In this document: positions 25,203 to 39,570 of the stretch, piece after piece | Numbering within the stretch: position 1 is the first letter of the stretch | Layout of the letters: every line of letters begins with the position of its first letter | Assembly: GCF_006345805.1 (NCBI RefSeq) | Contig: NC_043017.1 | Coordinates: forward strand, 33,480,001-33,544,000 | Direction: 5' to 3' | DNA length: 64,000 bases | Source: Octopus sinensis | Lineage: Eukaryota | Notes under the pieces: generated by a model | The model's database searches: none | What the model was told of the DNA's origin: nothing | Seen by the model: the letters and a program-made list of their open reading frames with translations, nothing else | Made by a program: the position numbers and the translations under genes

Positions 25203-25626
25203 GGTAGTAGCAGCAGCAGTAGTAGTAGTAGTAGTAGTAGCAGCAGTCAGTAGTAGTAGTAGTAGTAGCAGCAGTAGTAGTGTAGTAGCAGCAGCAGCAG
25301 TAGTAGTGTAGCAGCAGCAGCAGTAGTAGTAGTCTAGTAGTTAGTAGTAGTAGTAGTAGTGGTAGTAGCAGCAGCAGTAGTAGTAGTAGTAGTAAGCAGC
25401 AGTAGTAGTAGTAGTAGTAGTAGCAGCAGTAGTAGTAGTGGTAGTAGTAGCAGCAGTAGAGTAGTAGTAGTAGTAGTAGCAGCAGTAGTAGTAGTAGTAG
25501 TAGTAGCAGCAGCAGTAGTAGTGGTAGCAGCAGCAGCAGTAGTAGTAGTAGTAGTAGAGTAGTAGTAGTAGTAGTGGTAGTAGTAGCAGCAGTAGTAGTA
25601 ACAGCGGCAGCAGTAGTAGTAGTAGT
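24782..25626. repeat. About 845-bp compound (AGT/AGC)n trinucleotide tract
   Basis: Direct reading; single-base phase slips accumulate after about 25245. Confidence 0.95.
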
Positions 25627-26200
25627 ACAAAAGGTTGCAGAAAATATCCAGTGAGACCTAACAGATCGACGGTGGTGGTGCAATCCTTGAGATGTAATGT
25701 GTGTGTTCAGAAGTAGTTCACGGTTAAACATTCTTGATATGGAATGCATGAACACCATCATTGATTCACTATACTTCACTGACATTTTCGGCAATGTAGG
25801 TGATTTAATTATTTTAAAAATGTTCCCGGAGAAATCCAGCAAGCATGTAGAACATGGAAGGAATAAATATCTCAGTTGACTGCTCTCTGCACAAAGAAAA
25901 AAATTATATGAATCATACATCATTAGCACCATGCTGCGAGGTTGGAACACAATGCACCGAACGTGCAACATTTCAGATGTTTCGGAGAAATGAAGCAAGC
26001 AGGATTACATAAATACGTATGTTACACGGCATGAAGACGACAACAGAACACTAATAGACTGGAGTGACAGCACTTGAAAGCAAAGAGACGAAGTTTTCAG
26101 AAAAATGATGGTGATGTTGACTATGATAATTTTTATGGCCAAAACACACAACGAAGGTGACAGTGTAAATAACATACAAGACAGGACTCTTTGACAATTC
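25627..26200 (+). mobile_element. RTE-type LINE RT C-terminal remnant
   Basis: IIDSLYFTDIFGNVGD (cf. VVDSFRYLGDQISSGG) and RKKLYESYIISTMLRGWNT (cf. KGRLYDACVRTAMLHGSETW). Confidence 0.5.
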
Positions 26201-26248
26201 ATAAATTTTTACCTAGGTTTTTCTTCTTAGAAATGTTTTGCTCTAGAG

Positions 26249-27275
26249 TTGTGGTTTTCTAGCTGGGTCCATATAACCGTTGAGGCTCCGTAAAAGGTTT
26301 CGTTGTTAAACTTTATCTCTCTATATATAAAAGGCAGTTTGTTTGTCTGTCTGTTTGTCTGTCTGTCTGTGTGTATGTCTGTGTGTCTGTCAGGTTGTAC
26401 CCTCACCCTGACCACGGCTTTCAACCGATTCTGATGAAACTTGACATACACATAGCCCAATGTCATAATTCAAAACTAACGCAGCGAAAATTTTGATAAG
26501 TACCCCAGTTCTGAAAAAAATTGATAAATTCGACATGGGATCGAGAATCTAAGCTTATCATATGCAACACATTTTCCGTTGTAGTTTTCGCAACTTGCAA
26601 TCGATTTTCACTAAACCCATGGTGAAGTTTAATGTTACCCTAAGGAACTTAATTCTGATGTTAGTTTTCCATGCAATACCTTACCATCAGAAAAAATCGA
26701 TAAAATCATGCCATTTTGGGAGATCGCGTTCAAATTCAAGACATATTTTCGACAATATCTTTAACAAATTGGCAGGAAGTTTTTTTGAAATTCACAGCGA
26801 GCATCATATCTGCTCCAAGGAGCTATATGGCCCTTTTAATTCCAATAGGATACGTTATTACTGGAAAAAACCGCAGAACTGGGTTGGGTGTGCTAAACAA
26901 AACCAGAAAATGCACTTTGACTGTCATAGATTTTCTTCATGCATGCAAGGGAACGGTGCCTTGAATGCTTTAATGCCTTTTAGACTGCATTTTACAAAAT
27001 AACGGTTCAATGAGTACAAAAAAGGTAAAAAGGTAAAGGGCATTGCTTATCGACAAAGTTTCTTACATACTCGGGCAACGCCGGGCTATGCTGCTAGTGT
27101 CCAATAAAATGGTTATATTTCTATATCGCACAAAATAGTTTAACCTTTTTTTTAATACAACTGCTTATAAAATTTAACAATAAAACTACAATAGGATATT
27201 TTAAAACATCGAATGGCTAGGAGAGACACCGAGTAAAACAGGGGTCTATAGGCAAAAAATGGTTGAGAAGCATTG
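26249..27275. mobile_element. hAT-Charlie-like MITE containing a nested Helitron
   Basis: Degenerate TIRs TTGTGGTTTTCTA and TTGAGAAGCATTG (consensus CAGTGGTTCTCAA); 8-bp TSD CTCTAGAG / CTATAGAG, fitting the NTCTAGAN Charlie target. Confidence 0.6.
26316..27097 (+). mobile_element. Non-autonomous Helitron (782 bp)
   Basis: 5' TC (TCTCTCTATATATAAAAGG), 3' hairpin CTCGGGCAACGCCGGG followed by CTAG; sits between A26315 and T27098 with no TSD. Confidence 0.85.
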
Positions 27276-27787
27276 CTATAGAGCATTGTTGTAATAATGA
27301 CTTATTCTCAATCTAGAGTAGAGAGTTGAGATCCATCTACTCACTATATAGATTAAGTCCATAAAAACCGAAGCCGGATGGCAGGACCAAACATTCTTTT
27401 AAGTGATCTTGCCGTTGGACATGTGACAGGACTTGTAATAGGGACTGCCTAAATCTAGTGTACCATCGAAGAACTTAGTTCTATTTAGTTCAAATGGCCA
27501 GGAATCTTAGATAAAGTCCTTCATTAGTTTATGTAGGCTGTTTCCATAAGTATTAGGGTCAATTCATTTGACTAAAAATTCTTCAATGCAGTGCCCAAGC
27601 ATTGCCATTGTCTAATGAATGAAACAAGTAAAAGAGTAAAAGCTAAAAGATTGATTATAGCCTTTACAAGAAAGCAGAAAAATTTCAGGTTGAAAATCAG
27701 TTCGATGTACACAATGTAAAATATGAGTGCACAATCGATACAGTGAAAGGACAAGGTGGGGCATTGTTAAAAGAAATTGTATATACA

Positions 27788-28217
27788 CTCTTTACTCTTT
27801 TACTTGTTTCAGTCATTTGACTGCGGCCATGCTGGAGCACCGCCTTTAATCGAGCAACTCGACCCTGGGACTTATTCTTTTGTAAGCCCAGTACTTATTC
27901 TATCGGTCTTTTGCCAAACTGCTAAGTGACGGGGACATAAACACACCAGACAAACACAGACAACAAAACACATATACAATATACATATATACGACGGGGC
28001 TTTTTTCAGTTCCGTCTACCAATCCACTCACAAGGCTTTGGTTGGCCCGAGGCTATAGCAGAAGACACTTGCCAAGGTGCCACGCAGTGGGGTCTGAACC
28101 CGGAAGCATGTGGTTGGTAAGCAAGCTCTTACCACACAGCACTCCTAGTGGGACTGAACCCAGAACCATGTGGTTGGTAAACAAGCTACTTACCACACAG
28201 CCACTCCTGCGCCTATA
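27788..28217 (-). mobile_element. SINE-A with duplicated tRNA head
   Basis: Reverse-complement consensus; the head segment appears twice (about 28085-28147 and 28147-28217); many 1-nt deletions. Confidence 0.85.
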
Positions 28218-28524
28218 GGTAGCAGATGCACAGATGTTTTTATCAGTAGGAAAACCTGTAAGATGGATTCTTTAAATTTTTTTCTATTAATTTAGTTGAC
28301 ATCCTCTGTTTCCTAGGTAATCAAATTAGCAGTGGATGCAGGTACACCAAAAAATATAATAGTCAGAGTAATGCAACGGTAAAAGCTGAAGAAACTGGAT
28401 TTTCTCAAGTATGGGTTAGATTGTTTATATGGGACTTAAACCCTTAAAATCCTTTAAAATGTTTTAGCCCGAAGGCCGCGGCCATGCTGGGGCACCACCG
28501 CTGACTTGTGTAAGAAATTTACCC

Positions 28525-28785
28525 ATCGTCATCATTTAACGTCTGTTTTCCATACTGGTATGGGTTAGAAGGATTGACTGGACATGATAAACTGGAGAGT
28601 TGCACCAGGCTCCACTGTTTTGGTTTGGTCTCTACATTTGGATGCCATTGTACGCTTCACCTGGTTCTTTTCAAAACATTTGGATGCCATTCCTAACGCC
28701 ATTCCTGTCACCAGCACAGGTGCCATTTTATGTGTCACTGGCATAGGTGCCCTTTACATGTCACCAGCACGGATTCCAATGAAAC
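28525..28785 (-). mobile_element. Interspersed repeat ending in ..GACGTTAAATGATGA (LINE 3' end or LINE-tailed SINE)
   Basis: TCATCATTTAACGTCTGTTTTCCAT..GCACCAGGCTCC..GGATGCCATTCCTAACGCCA; family recalled, not searched. Confidence 0.5.
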
Positions 28786-28994
28786 ATTAGTATTGTATAG
28801 GAAGGTGGATTAAAAGCTTGAAAAGAAAATAAAGGGAACATGCTGCAAATTTTGTGTGTATGAAAGATAAAGCACAAATGAGTATGGGAGAAGACTTGGT
28901 ATGAGAAGAACCAGATGAAGGGTACAAGGTAAGAAATTCTACTGGTACAGATGTGTTGAGTATAAAGGGTAAATGTTTTATAGAGAAATATCAG

Positions 28995-29200
28995 TTTCAA
29001 ATTTTGGTGCGAGGCCAGTAATTTGGGGGAGGAGAAGTTGATTATATCAAACCTGGTACTCAACAGGTAGCTATTTTATCGACCCCAAAAAGATGTAAAG
29101 CAAAGTTGACTCCGGCAGAATTTGAATTTGGAACATAAAGACAGACGAAATTAGCATTTTGCCCGACCTGTTAACAATTCTGCCAGTTGACTGCATTTAG
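28995..29200 (-). mobile_element. SINE-B variant, diverged
   Basis: TTTTATCGACCCC..GCAAAGTTGACTCCGGCAGAATTTGAA. Confidence 0.65.
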
Positions 29201-29494
29201 ACAATGGGATATCAGAATAATAAGGGTTAAAGAACAAATAGACAAGGAAGAATAATGAAGAAGTAAAAGCTGATCTTCCTCACGTGAATATCATGAAAGT
29301 CAAGGAGAATTGTCGCAACGAATAGACGAACACTACTTTTGCAAGATACATTCACTGTACAAAGTATACGAAAAAGACGTCGTATATTTTCTATAAGCAG
29401 AGGCGTATATAAATTATTAATGCATATAGATAAATATACACATGTATGTATTAATAATAAATACAATTAGAGTAGATATAAATAATACTTTTAT

Positions 29495-29500
29495 ACAAAT

Positions 29501-29531
<31 letters not shown>

Positions 29532-29650
29532 TATTATATATATGTATGTATATGCAAATAAATATATATATCTGAATATATGTCTGTGTATCCACGAACG
29601 AACATACTTGTAATTATAGGTGCACATACATATAAGTGTGTGAGTATATT

Positions 29651-29684
<34 letters not shown>

Positions 29685-29713
29685 TACATATCTTATATAA
29701 CATATATATATAC

Positions 29714-29747
<34 letters not shown>

Positions 29748-29768
29748 TATACATATATATATATATAC

Positions 29769-29822
<54 letters not shown>

Positions 29823-29880
29823 ACATACATATATACTATATATAGTATACATAAATTATAATATATATATATATATATAT

Positions 29881-29925
<45 letters not shown>

Positions 29926-31143
29926 TACACATATATTTAGATGTATATACATAGGTATATATAAGTATGTATAGATATATATGTATATGTGAATCTGACA
30001 AAATGTCATGAAATGTAATGAAGTAGACATAGATAAAGCCATACCTGGTTCTAAGTAAGTATATATCCATACATATACAGCGTATAATATATATACATAT
30101 ATATATATATATTATAGTTGAGTGTGTGTGAATATGATTATATATATATATATATATAATATATAAGACACACATATATTATATACATATATGTAAATAG
30201 TAAATATAAATACGCACATACACACATATACAATTGAAATACCTAAATATGTACCCATTTATTTCAACGCACTGATGTATTCATTTCCCTCCATTTTTTT
30301 TGTTGTGTGTTCATTATGATCATAAAAGACATATAAGAATTCATGACAGATAAAATATAAAACATAATATCAAGGTTAAAATGTAGAAATTTTTAGTGCA
30401 GTAAAATATCAAACTATTTTATATCTTAAGTTTCAATTTCACATCTTAACCAGAAACAAAGAAAAACACATCATAATGAAATTGAAAAAAAAAAATATAA
30501 TTGAAATTACATATAATTATATGTGTGTTTCTATGTAGGCAAGGATGTATGTATGTATGCATTTATGCATGTATGTATGCATATATATGTGTATATATAT
30601 ATATGTGTGTGTATATATATATATACAAACGTACATATACATGTATGTACGTGTATATATATGTGTATGTATGCATGCACACGCACACGTATATATATAT
30701 ATAAATATATATATATATACATATATATACATATATACATACATGTATATATATATATATAAATAAATATATATGTGCATATATATATGTATATCGATAT
30801 ACATATGTATGTATACACATATATATATGTATACTTATATATATACATTTATGAATATATGTATATATAATATATATATTATATATATATATGCATATAT
30901 GCATATATATATTTATGCATATATGATATCCAAATGTTAGTAAGTACATTGAAGCAAATAAATTACAGGTGCATCTGCATTTATGTGAACATACATGTAA
31001 TTATGTATATATATACACACATAAAATATGTATGTATGTATATATACGTATATATATATATGTATATTATATATATACATATATATGTATATTAATATAT
31101 GTATGTGTATATATCTATCTACTAATCTCTCTCTCTCTTTATA

Positions 31144-31214
<71 letters not shown>

Positions 31215-31626
31215 GTATATATACATATGTAGACACACATACATATATGTATATACAGTTTATGTATACATGCATTGCAAATGTATTTTGAAATCCTTCT
31301 ACAAGTCTGGTAGACTATTTTATCACTCGAACATATTTATTCGAGCAGTGATCTGACTTGAACAAATGCAAGAAAAATTGTTAAAGAGACAAACAAATAA
31401 TGAAACAGAGATTGTTTAGCGAATATTTCTCTCTCTCATAGTATAATCTAGGAACCATAATGGACTCAAATCTGCCCTAAACTAAATTTTCTACTTTGTT
31501 CTGTTATTTTGGTAGCTGAGTGTTTTTTGGTTAATACTCATCACTCATAATGTCGCTTTATATATGTATATGTATATATATATGTGTATGTATATATTAT
31601 ATATATAATGTTATATATGTGTGTGT

Positions 31627-31664
<38 letters not shown>

Positions 31665-31666
31665 GC

Positions 31667-31705
<39 letters not shown>

Positions 31706-31835
31706 CTGCATACAAATATATATATATATATATAGCACACACATGCATACAATAATATATATATATATATATACACATATATACACACACACATGCATAT
31801 ATATACATATGTATATATATATGTATGTATGTATG

Positions 31836-31892
<57 letters not shown>

Positions 31893-32060
31893 AGATGTTA
31901 AACAATGAATTCGATAGTGATGAAATGATGATGATATATAATATACAGACACACACTCATATATGTATGGATGTATGTGTGCGTGTACATAGATATGTGT
32001 ACGTATGTATGTCTGTATGTATACATATATATACATATATACATATGTGAATTTAGTCAA
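29495..32060. repeat. About 2.5-kb compound (TA)/(CA)/(TG) microsatellite zone
   Basis: Direct reading; accounts for the IY/YI-rich ORFs. Confidence 0.9.
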
Positions 32061-32114
32061 ATATTTCAACACAAAATATTTGCACACCATTAGTGAATAA
32101 ATATACTTGAGTTT

Positions 32115-32429
32115 GTTGCTAGGGAATGGTGATGATGATGGCAATGGTGTTGTTGTTATTGGTGATGGTAGGTTCGATGTTGAGGACAATGAAAAGAAGA
32201 AGGAGGAGGAGGAGGAAGGCATGGGATCATTTTTGAATCGTTTTACTGAAAAAAGAATAAAATTGTAACAATAAAGTTGATGATAATGATAGTCCTTGAT
32301 GTTGATTCTCCTCCTCCTCCTCCTCCTTCTTCCTCTTTTTCTTCTTCTTCTACTCCTTTTTTCTTTTCCTGCTTCTTGTATTTATTATTACTGTTGTTGC
32401 TTTTACTATTGTTCTTCTTCTTCTTCTTC

Positions 32430-32463
<34 letters not shown>

Positions 32464-32566
32464 CATTATTATTTATTATTATTATTATTATTATTAATAT
32501 TATTATTATTTTTATTATTATTTATTATTATCATCATCATCATCATTATCATCATCATTATTATTA

Positions 32567-32599
<33 letters not shown>

Positions 32600-32625
32600 T
32601 TTTATTTTTATTTTTATAATTATTA

Positions 32626-32681
<56 letters not shown>

Positions 32682-32725
32682 TATCCTTATTATTATTACA
32701 AAGGAGTATCATAAAGAAATCTGTT

Positions 32726-32759
<34 letters not shown>

Positions 32760-32760
32760 A
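32115..32760. repeat. Compound trinucleotide tracts (GGA, CCT, CTT, ATT, CAT)
   Basis: Direct reading. Confidence 0.9.
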
Positions 32761-33098
32761 CTTCACAAAATCACTAAAAGACCGAATCAGATCTCTAGAA
32801 TATATTCATAGGAAATGAAAATTTTCTCAGATTTTTTTTCAAAGTGAAATTCTGTTTGCTCTGAGCTAATATATGAATACGTGCATTATATGTGTGTCTA
32901 CTACATACATACACACACACACACAACACACACACACCTATATACATATATTAATACTATCTTATATTAATACTATCTCAAGCTGTCTATTTACCTGTTT
33001 CTGTCACTTTCTCCTTTTCTCTCCATCTCTCTCGCTCTCTTTCACTCACACACACGCACACACATGCATATAAATATGTATATATACATATTTATGTG

Positions 33099-33130
<32 letters not shown>

Positions 33131-34306
33131 GAGGGAGGGGGAAATGAAGAAAGTGAGACAGACAGGTAAACAGACATCTTGTAATTTGATCTTCTAATTG
33201 CAAAGGTAATTGCTGTCTCTCAATTCATCGTGATACACACATGAAATCAATACCTGATTACTTTGCTGTGTGGTTGGAAAGATTGCTTTGCAGCCACACT
33301 GTGTTGGGATTAGGTTCACTCTGTTGGATCCTTGGCAAGTGTAGTCTCAGATAAGCAATTCCATGGCAACTGATGTTGTCATCGCTTTGCTTGTATATTT
33401 TATTTTGTCATTTCTTTATTAATTTTTTAAATTTTTATGACTTGCATAATGTTTTTGTTGTCAAATAAAATATTGCAAGTCTACAAGAATGACAAAGATA
33501 TGGTGTTACCACAAAATTTTGTAGAAAACATTAGAACCATAAGTGAAATTAATTAGCTGAAATCTAGCTTTTATCTCTTGTACTTGCTATTTATAAGCGT
33601 GAATCTAAGATAATTCATATTACATGGTGTATCAGAGAAAAGCAACAGCTATTGACAAAAGGTAAAACTAATTTTGAAGCATGAATTACCTATCAAAGTT
33701 TGTGAGGTGTGTTAGATTTAATATGATTCTAATTTTTCAAAATACTAACATATTTAAATATAAAAACATTTTAATATTTCCTTTACTCTACAGATCAATC
33801 AGTCTTAAAACTTTTTTTCACAGTAATATATTCTATATACCAGATTAGATTCTAAAAGTCTTTATTTCTGAACTAAGGTTTGTATAAAAAATTCTATTCA
33901 ATACATCACTGATACATAACGAACTTAAAGATAATCAGAAGATGAAATAATGAACATGGCTTATATAAACGTTATTTTTGCTTCATTTTTGAAGACAAAG
34001 TGAAAGAGGTCAGAAAATATAAAATCTTGTTTCAAATAACAAATTAGAGATTTTCTAGAGTAAGGAGAGAAATGTGAAATATATTAGGGCCATTCTACTC
34101 ATTTCTCAAAATATTTAATCCCCATATATTTAAAATACATTTAACATCGTTTATTTTCTCACAGATTACATCTAATGGGTCTATATGGAAATAGTCCTTT
34201 ATATTTATATTGAAATCAACAAAAAAGTATATTTCCTTATTTTCATACATCAAATATACTCTGACAACTGCCCCACAAATATTTCCTCTGTTTGTCTTTC
34301 CTATCA

Positions 34307-34423
<117 letters not shown>

Positions 34424-34448
34424 GATAGATAGATGTGTATGTTAGTGA

Positions 34449-34501
<53 letters not shown>

Positions 34502-35088
34502 AATATATACATATGCATATATATGTAAATATGTGCATACACACATGTATGTATGTTTGTATGTATGCATGTATGTATATGAAGCCACATGCCGTGGTGA
34601 TTAAGAGGCTGCACTCATGATTGTGGTTTCAAATCTTGGTTTGGGTGATGTATTGAGTTCTTGAGAAAAACACTTCATTGCTCATGGCTCTGTGATAACT
34701 TTGACATGCAACATGTGGTATACCATTCAGCTGTGCCGGCAATGGGAATCTGAGGAAGAAAGTGAGCTAATGTACAGCCCAAACATTAGATCACTATAAA
34801 CGAACCATGGGTACAGGTCGCTGAAAACAAAAAAAAATTTGAAGAAACCCTCACCTGTCTTCCTAGATAGGAGAGTCAAGATGTTATGGTGTGTCTTTCA
34901 CGGTACTTGTAAACATAGAATTGTGAGATCAAAATAAACAAAAGTAATATCTTTATCACGGTATTCAAAAATATGCTCTCTTAAATGTCCACCATTTACA
35001 GATTGAAAAGCTTGAATTACATCACATGCTCCAACATCAATAAACAAAACATCCACCAAAAGAAAAGAAAGGAAAACAATAAACAAAA

Positions 35089-35263
35089 TAGGCGCAGGAG
35101 TGGCTGTGTGGTAAGTAGCTTGCTAACCAACCACATGGTTCCGGGTTCAGTCCCACTGCGTGGCATCTTGAGCAAGTGTCTTCTGCTATACCCCCGGGCC
35201 GACCAATGCCTTGTGAGTGGATTTGGTAGACGGAAACTGAAAGAAGCCCGTCGTATATATGTA

Positions 35264-35335
<72 letters not shown>

Positions 35336-35600
35336 TGTATGCATGTATGTATGTATGTATGTATGTATGTATGTATGTATGTATGTATGTATATATGTGT
35401 GTCTGTGTTTGTCTCCCTAGCATTGCTTGACAACCGATGCTGGTGTGTTTACGTCCCCGTCACTTAGCGGTTCGGCAAAAAGAGACCGATACAATAAGTA
35501 CTGGGCTTACAAAGAATAAGTCCCGGGGTCGATTTGCTCGACAAAAGGCGGTGCTCCAGCATGGCGGCAGTCAAATGACTGAAACAAGTAAAAGAGTAAA
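35089..35600 (+). mobile_element. SINE-A with expanded internal (TA)n(TATG)n
   Basis: Consensus head and tail; the internal microsatellite is about 150 bp. Confidence 0.92.
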
Positions 35601-35984
35601 TTCAGTATGGATGCTGGTTTACTAATTACTTATAATTAAGAGCTTTACATTGTATCACGGTGCCAAACAAAATATGATTTCATAGCAGAGTATAAAGCAT
35701 GAAAACAGCATTGAATAAAAGTAGCTTGCAAGCAGATTAAAATGTGCTGTATAAATAGGAGCTGAACAATAGATCAGAGAGTGGAGTTACTAAGATATTT
35801 GATTGCATCAGTGCTTAAAGATTTCACAGGTATCAGAGAATAATCACACTTTGATTTTGAAAGACGTTATACACATTAATGCATACATACATGCATATAT
35901 ATTTGTTTCTGTGTGTTTGAGTGCATGCATGTATGTGTGCGCACATGTGTATGTACATATATGTATACAGAAAAAAAGCTAAAT

Positions 35985-36600
<616 letters not shown>

Positions 36601-37033
36601 AAGTGTGTAAATAGAAGTGTGCATATATAATGACATATTTACATATATAAACATGCAGTGACACATCTGAAATATCTACAACCAACATAATCGTATAAGT
36701 GTATATGTGTGTGCATGCATGCACACACATATACATGCATGCACATATATATGCATACATTTATTGCATTTATTCCAGCATAGTCATTTGATTCTATATG
36801 ATTAGAAAGCAAATGCAACAATTCTAACGATGATCTTACAATAAATAATACAGCTTTTAAGATATGCATATATAATATACATTGAGCTACACATACACAT
36901 AGACGCACACACATGAAGAATTATCTTGGATGTTTATTCGGCATGGATTTATTGGTATCAGATTGTTTAATATAGTTAACAAAATTGAGTGCTTTATAGG
37001 TATTTGCCTGGATTTATCAATCCCTTTTGCTTC

Positions 37034-37076
<43 letters not shown>

Positions 37077-37129
37077 GTGTGTGTGTGTTTTTCTCTCCTT
37101 GTTTCTCTCCGTGTTTCTTTTCAGTGTAT

Positions 37130-37163
37130 TTTCTGTTGAAGAGCGTAGGCTCGAAACGTGAAA
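37130..37163 (+). ncRNA. Degenerate ultra-minimal hammerhead motif in a PLE-like terminus (37085-37262)
   Basis: TTT CTGTTGA A GAGC gtag GCTC GAAA CG TG AAA. A6>T and H17=G, so probably inactive. A T-rich tail runs into (TA)n. Confidence 0.45.
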
Positions 37164-37280
37164 GACTTGTTTTATTTATATTTCTGAGCGCCATACTAAT
37201 ACAATTGTTTGTTTGTACTCCACCTACCTTCGTCTTTTGTTTATTTTCATAAAGCTTCCCGTTATATATATATATATATA

Positions 37281-37493
37281 TGAGGTGGTGCTGAAAATTT
37301 CCCGGCCTTGGGTAAAAGAAAATACAGGAGCATCAGCTAATTATGATTTACTTAATGTATCCTCCACTCAGATTCACATACCTATTTCAATGGTCCTTCA
37401 GTTTTTAAACCCTGCAAAAGAACACAGAATGTTGGGCGTCCAAGCAAGCCTTTCACGACACCCTAAACTGCAGGAACTTTTCAGTACACTGTC

Positions 37494-37494
<1 letters not shown>
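37281..37494. mobile_element. Tc1/mariner-type MITE inside (TA)n
   Basis: TIRs TGAGGTGGTGCTGAAAATTTCCCGG and CAGGAACTTTTCAGTACACTGTCA, flanked by TA on both sides. Confidence 0.8.
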
Positions 37495-37548
<54 letters not shown>

Positions 37549-38027
37549 GTATATATATAATTGTTAAAGAGAACAACAAACATTAAGGCAACGCAAACAT
37601 CTCAAGTCGTATACAATATTATTATTATTCAAAGTCTTACAGCTGTTTCTGGTATATCTCTGTGTATGGGATATTCTGTCATCAGAGACAGAAAGGGAAA
37701 AAGAGGGAAAATGAGAATGGTATATTTTAATGTGATGATGATATAGAGGAAGGGAGTGTAAGAAGACGGAGAAAAACTCTTTGATCTATGGAAGTCCGAT
37801 ACAACGAGAAGGGAATTAAGATCAAAGAAAATCTTGGAGTCAAGAGCACACTGGCTTCAAGAATATGAAATGAGCTATGAAAAAGATCAAATAAAATCCA
37901 GAAAACAAACCCATAAGAAGCCTTCAAACTTGGAAAAATTCAAAAACACAAGAAACGAAGAATTCTCACGCTATAAACAAACTTCAACCAGAAACTGGAG
38001 AATCTCAACCACACAATTATACACAGA

Positions 38028-38461
38028 CCTAGCCAAATCCCCTGGCCCAGTTTACATTCTAACACTTTTTTTTGCAGTTGATGCCGACCGCTGGTGCTAA
38101 CCGAACTACGGCAGTGGGGAGCAGTCACCATATTCCTTTCCATGCCGTTTACCTCTGATGGGCGTAATTATGTAATTGGATTCTTACCTAACACTCCATT
38201 GTATCTTTTGCGTGAAACCGATCGGGGTGACCAGCTGTGATGGATAATTAATAATATAAAATCCGGATAATATAGATATATAAATACATATACATATACA
38301 TACACACACACATACACACATACACACACACATATATATATATATGACACGTGTGTGTGTGCATGTACATGTGCATATATATGTGCGTATATATGTGTGT
38401 ATATATGTATATATATATATATATAAAGAGATGGAGAGATGCATACACATAAATGCTTACA
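38028..38461 (+). repeat. Direct repeat copy 1 (pLTR-like), paired with 45857-46289
   Basis: CCTAGCCAAATCCCCTGG..GCATACACATAAATGCTTACA; only a handful of substitutions outside the microsatellite; contains a CTGATGG..GAAACCGATCGG motif. Confidence 0.9.
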
Positions 38462-38759
38462 AACACCAGAACTGGATACAATTACCACAAAAAAAAACAA
38501 GAATAATTACCATAGACAAAATAATAGGTATATGAAGAACGAACGGAAGAACAGAGAAACCAAACCCCACACATTAGACACCAAACAAAATTCTACCACT
38601 CGGGAAATTATCAACATGAAATGCTAGTGAACAGAGTATTTCACCACAACAGAAACACCCCTATCCCAAATGGCATTTCTTTTTTAGGACAAGGTACCAC
38701 CCATCAAATGAAAGGAAAAACACCACCCTTGACAAAGAAAAATTATAGGAAACACCTAA

Positions 38760-39339
38760 AATAAGCAACATATAGGCCAAGAAATTAACACAACAGGAAA
38801 TCAAACTATTAGAAAATGGAGTAAAATTCACACCCACCTGGAAAGCAGATCAAGACGATATTATAAAACATGCAGTAGATTTTTGTCGTAAATTACGTCT
38901 AGGAGAATTTTTTCAGGGTGTAGAATATGAGGAGGGGTCACAAGTGAAAAACAAAAAGAGCGTCGAACCACCACTAAATAGAGACAGACACCTGGAAGAG
39001 TAAATAACGTATCTACGACGATCGGCGCAGTCAAGTATAGCAGAGACGAAACACAAATGCAACATCTCTACAGAGAAAATTCTAGCACTAAACGAACTAC
39101 AAAAAGACTCCTCAATAATCATAAAACAAGCTGACAAATGTGAAGCAATCATCATCATGGACAAAAACCACTACAAAGATATGATCCTAGAAAAGTTGAC
39201 GGACGAAGGATTTTACCGGAAAATCAACAAATGCGAGGAAACAAGTAAAGTAGGTAGACTGACGTCAAAGCACCAAGATTGCCCCACACTAAAGGAAATC
39301 AGTTACTTAGCTAACGTTGAAACTAGTTCTATGAACTAA
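38760..39339 (+). mobile_element. PLE ORF N-terminal / pre-RT region
   Basis: One frame from 38776 with a single internal stop: KKLTQQEIKLLENGVKFTPT..FCRKLRLGEFF..LALNELQKDSSIIIKQADKCEAIIIMDKNHYKDMILEKLTD..KEISYL, typical of PLE IIKPADKGGAVVIMDK. Confidence 0.85.
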
Positions 39340-39417
39340 AGTGTAAAATTTATAATATTAAAAAATAAAAAAATAATAAATGAAACGGATAAGAACTACC
39401 AGTGAATGGATTCTTTA

Positions 39418-39493
<76 letters not shown>

Positions 39494-39570
39494 TAAATAT
39501 TAGGGAATAAATCCAAATTTACAGGGAAAAAATCAGATTTAGGATTAAATCCAATTTTATAGTAAAATAT

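Noticed and set aside
24768-25253. 161-aa poly-Ser ORF
   Set aside because: Trinucleotide microsatellite with GTG start; open in several frames; phase breaks downstream.
29451-32222. Many IY/YI/CV-rich ORFs (also at 46-47.9 kb and 53.1-54.2 kb)
   Set aside because: Translations of dinucleotide microsatellites.
35017-35467. Recurrent [34 protein letters not shown] found at many loci
   Set aside because: Antisense read-through of SINE-A, not a gene family.
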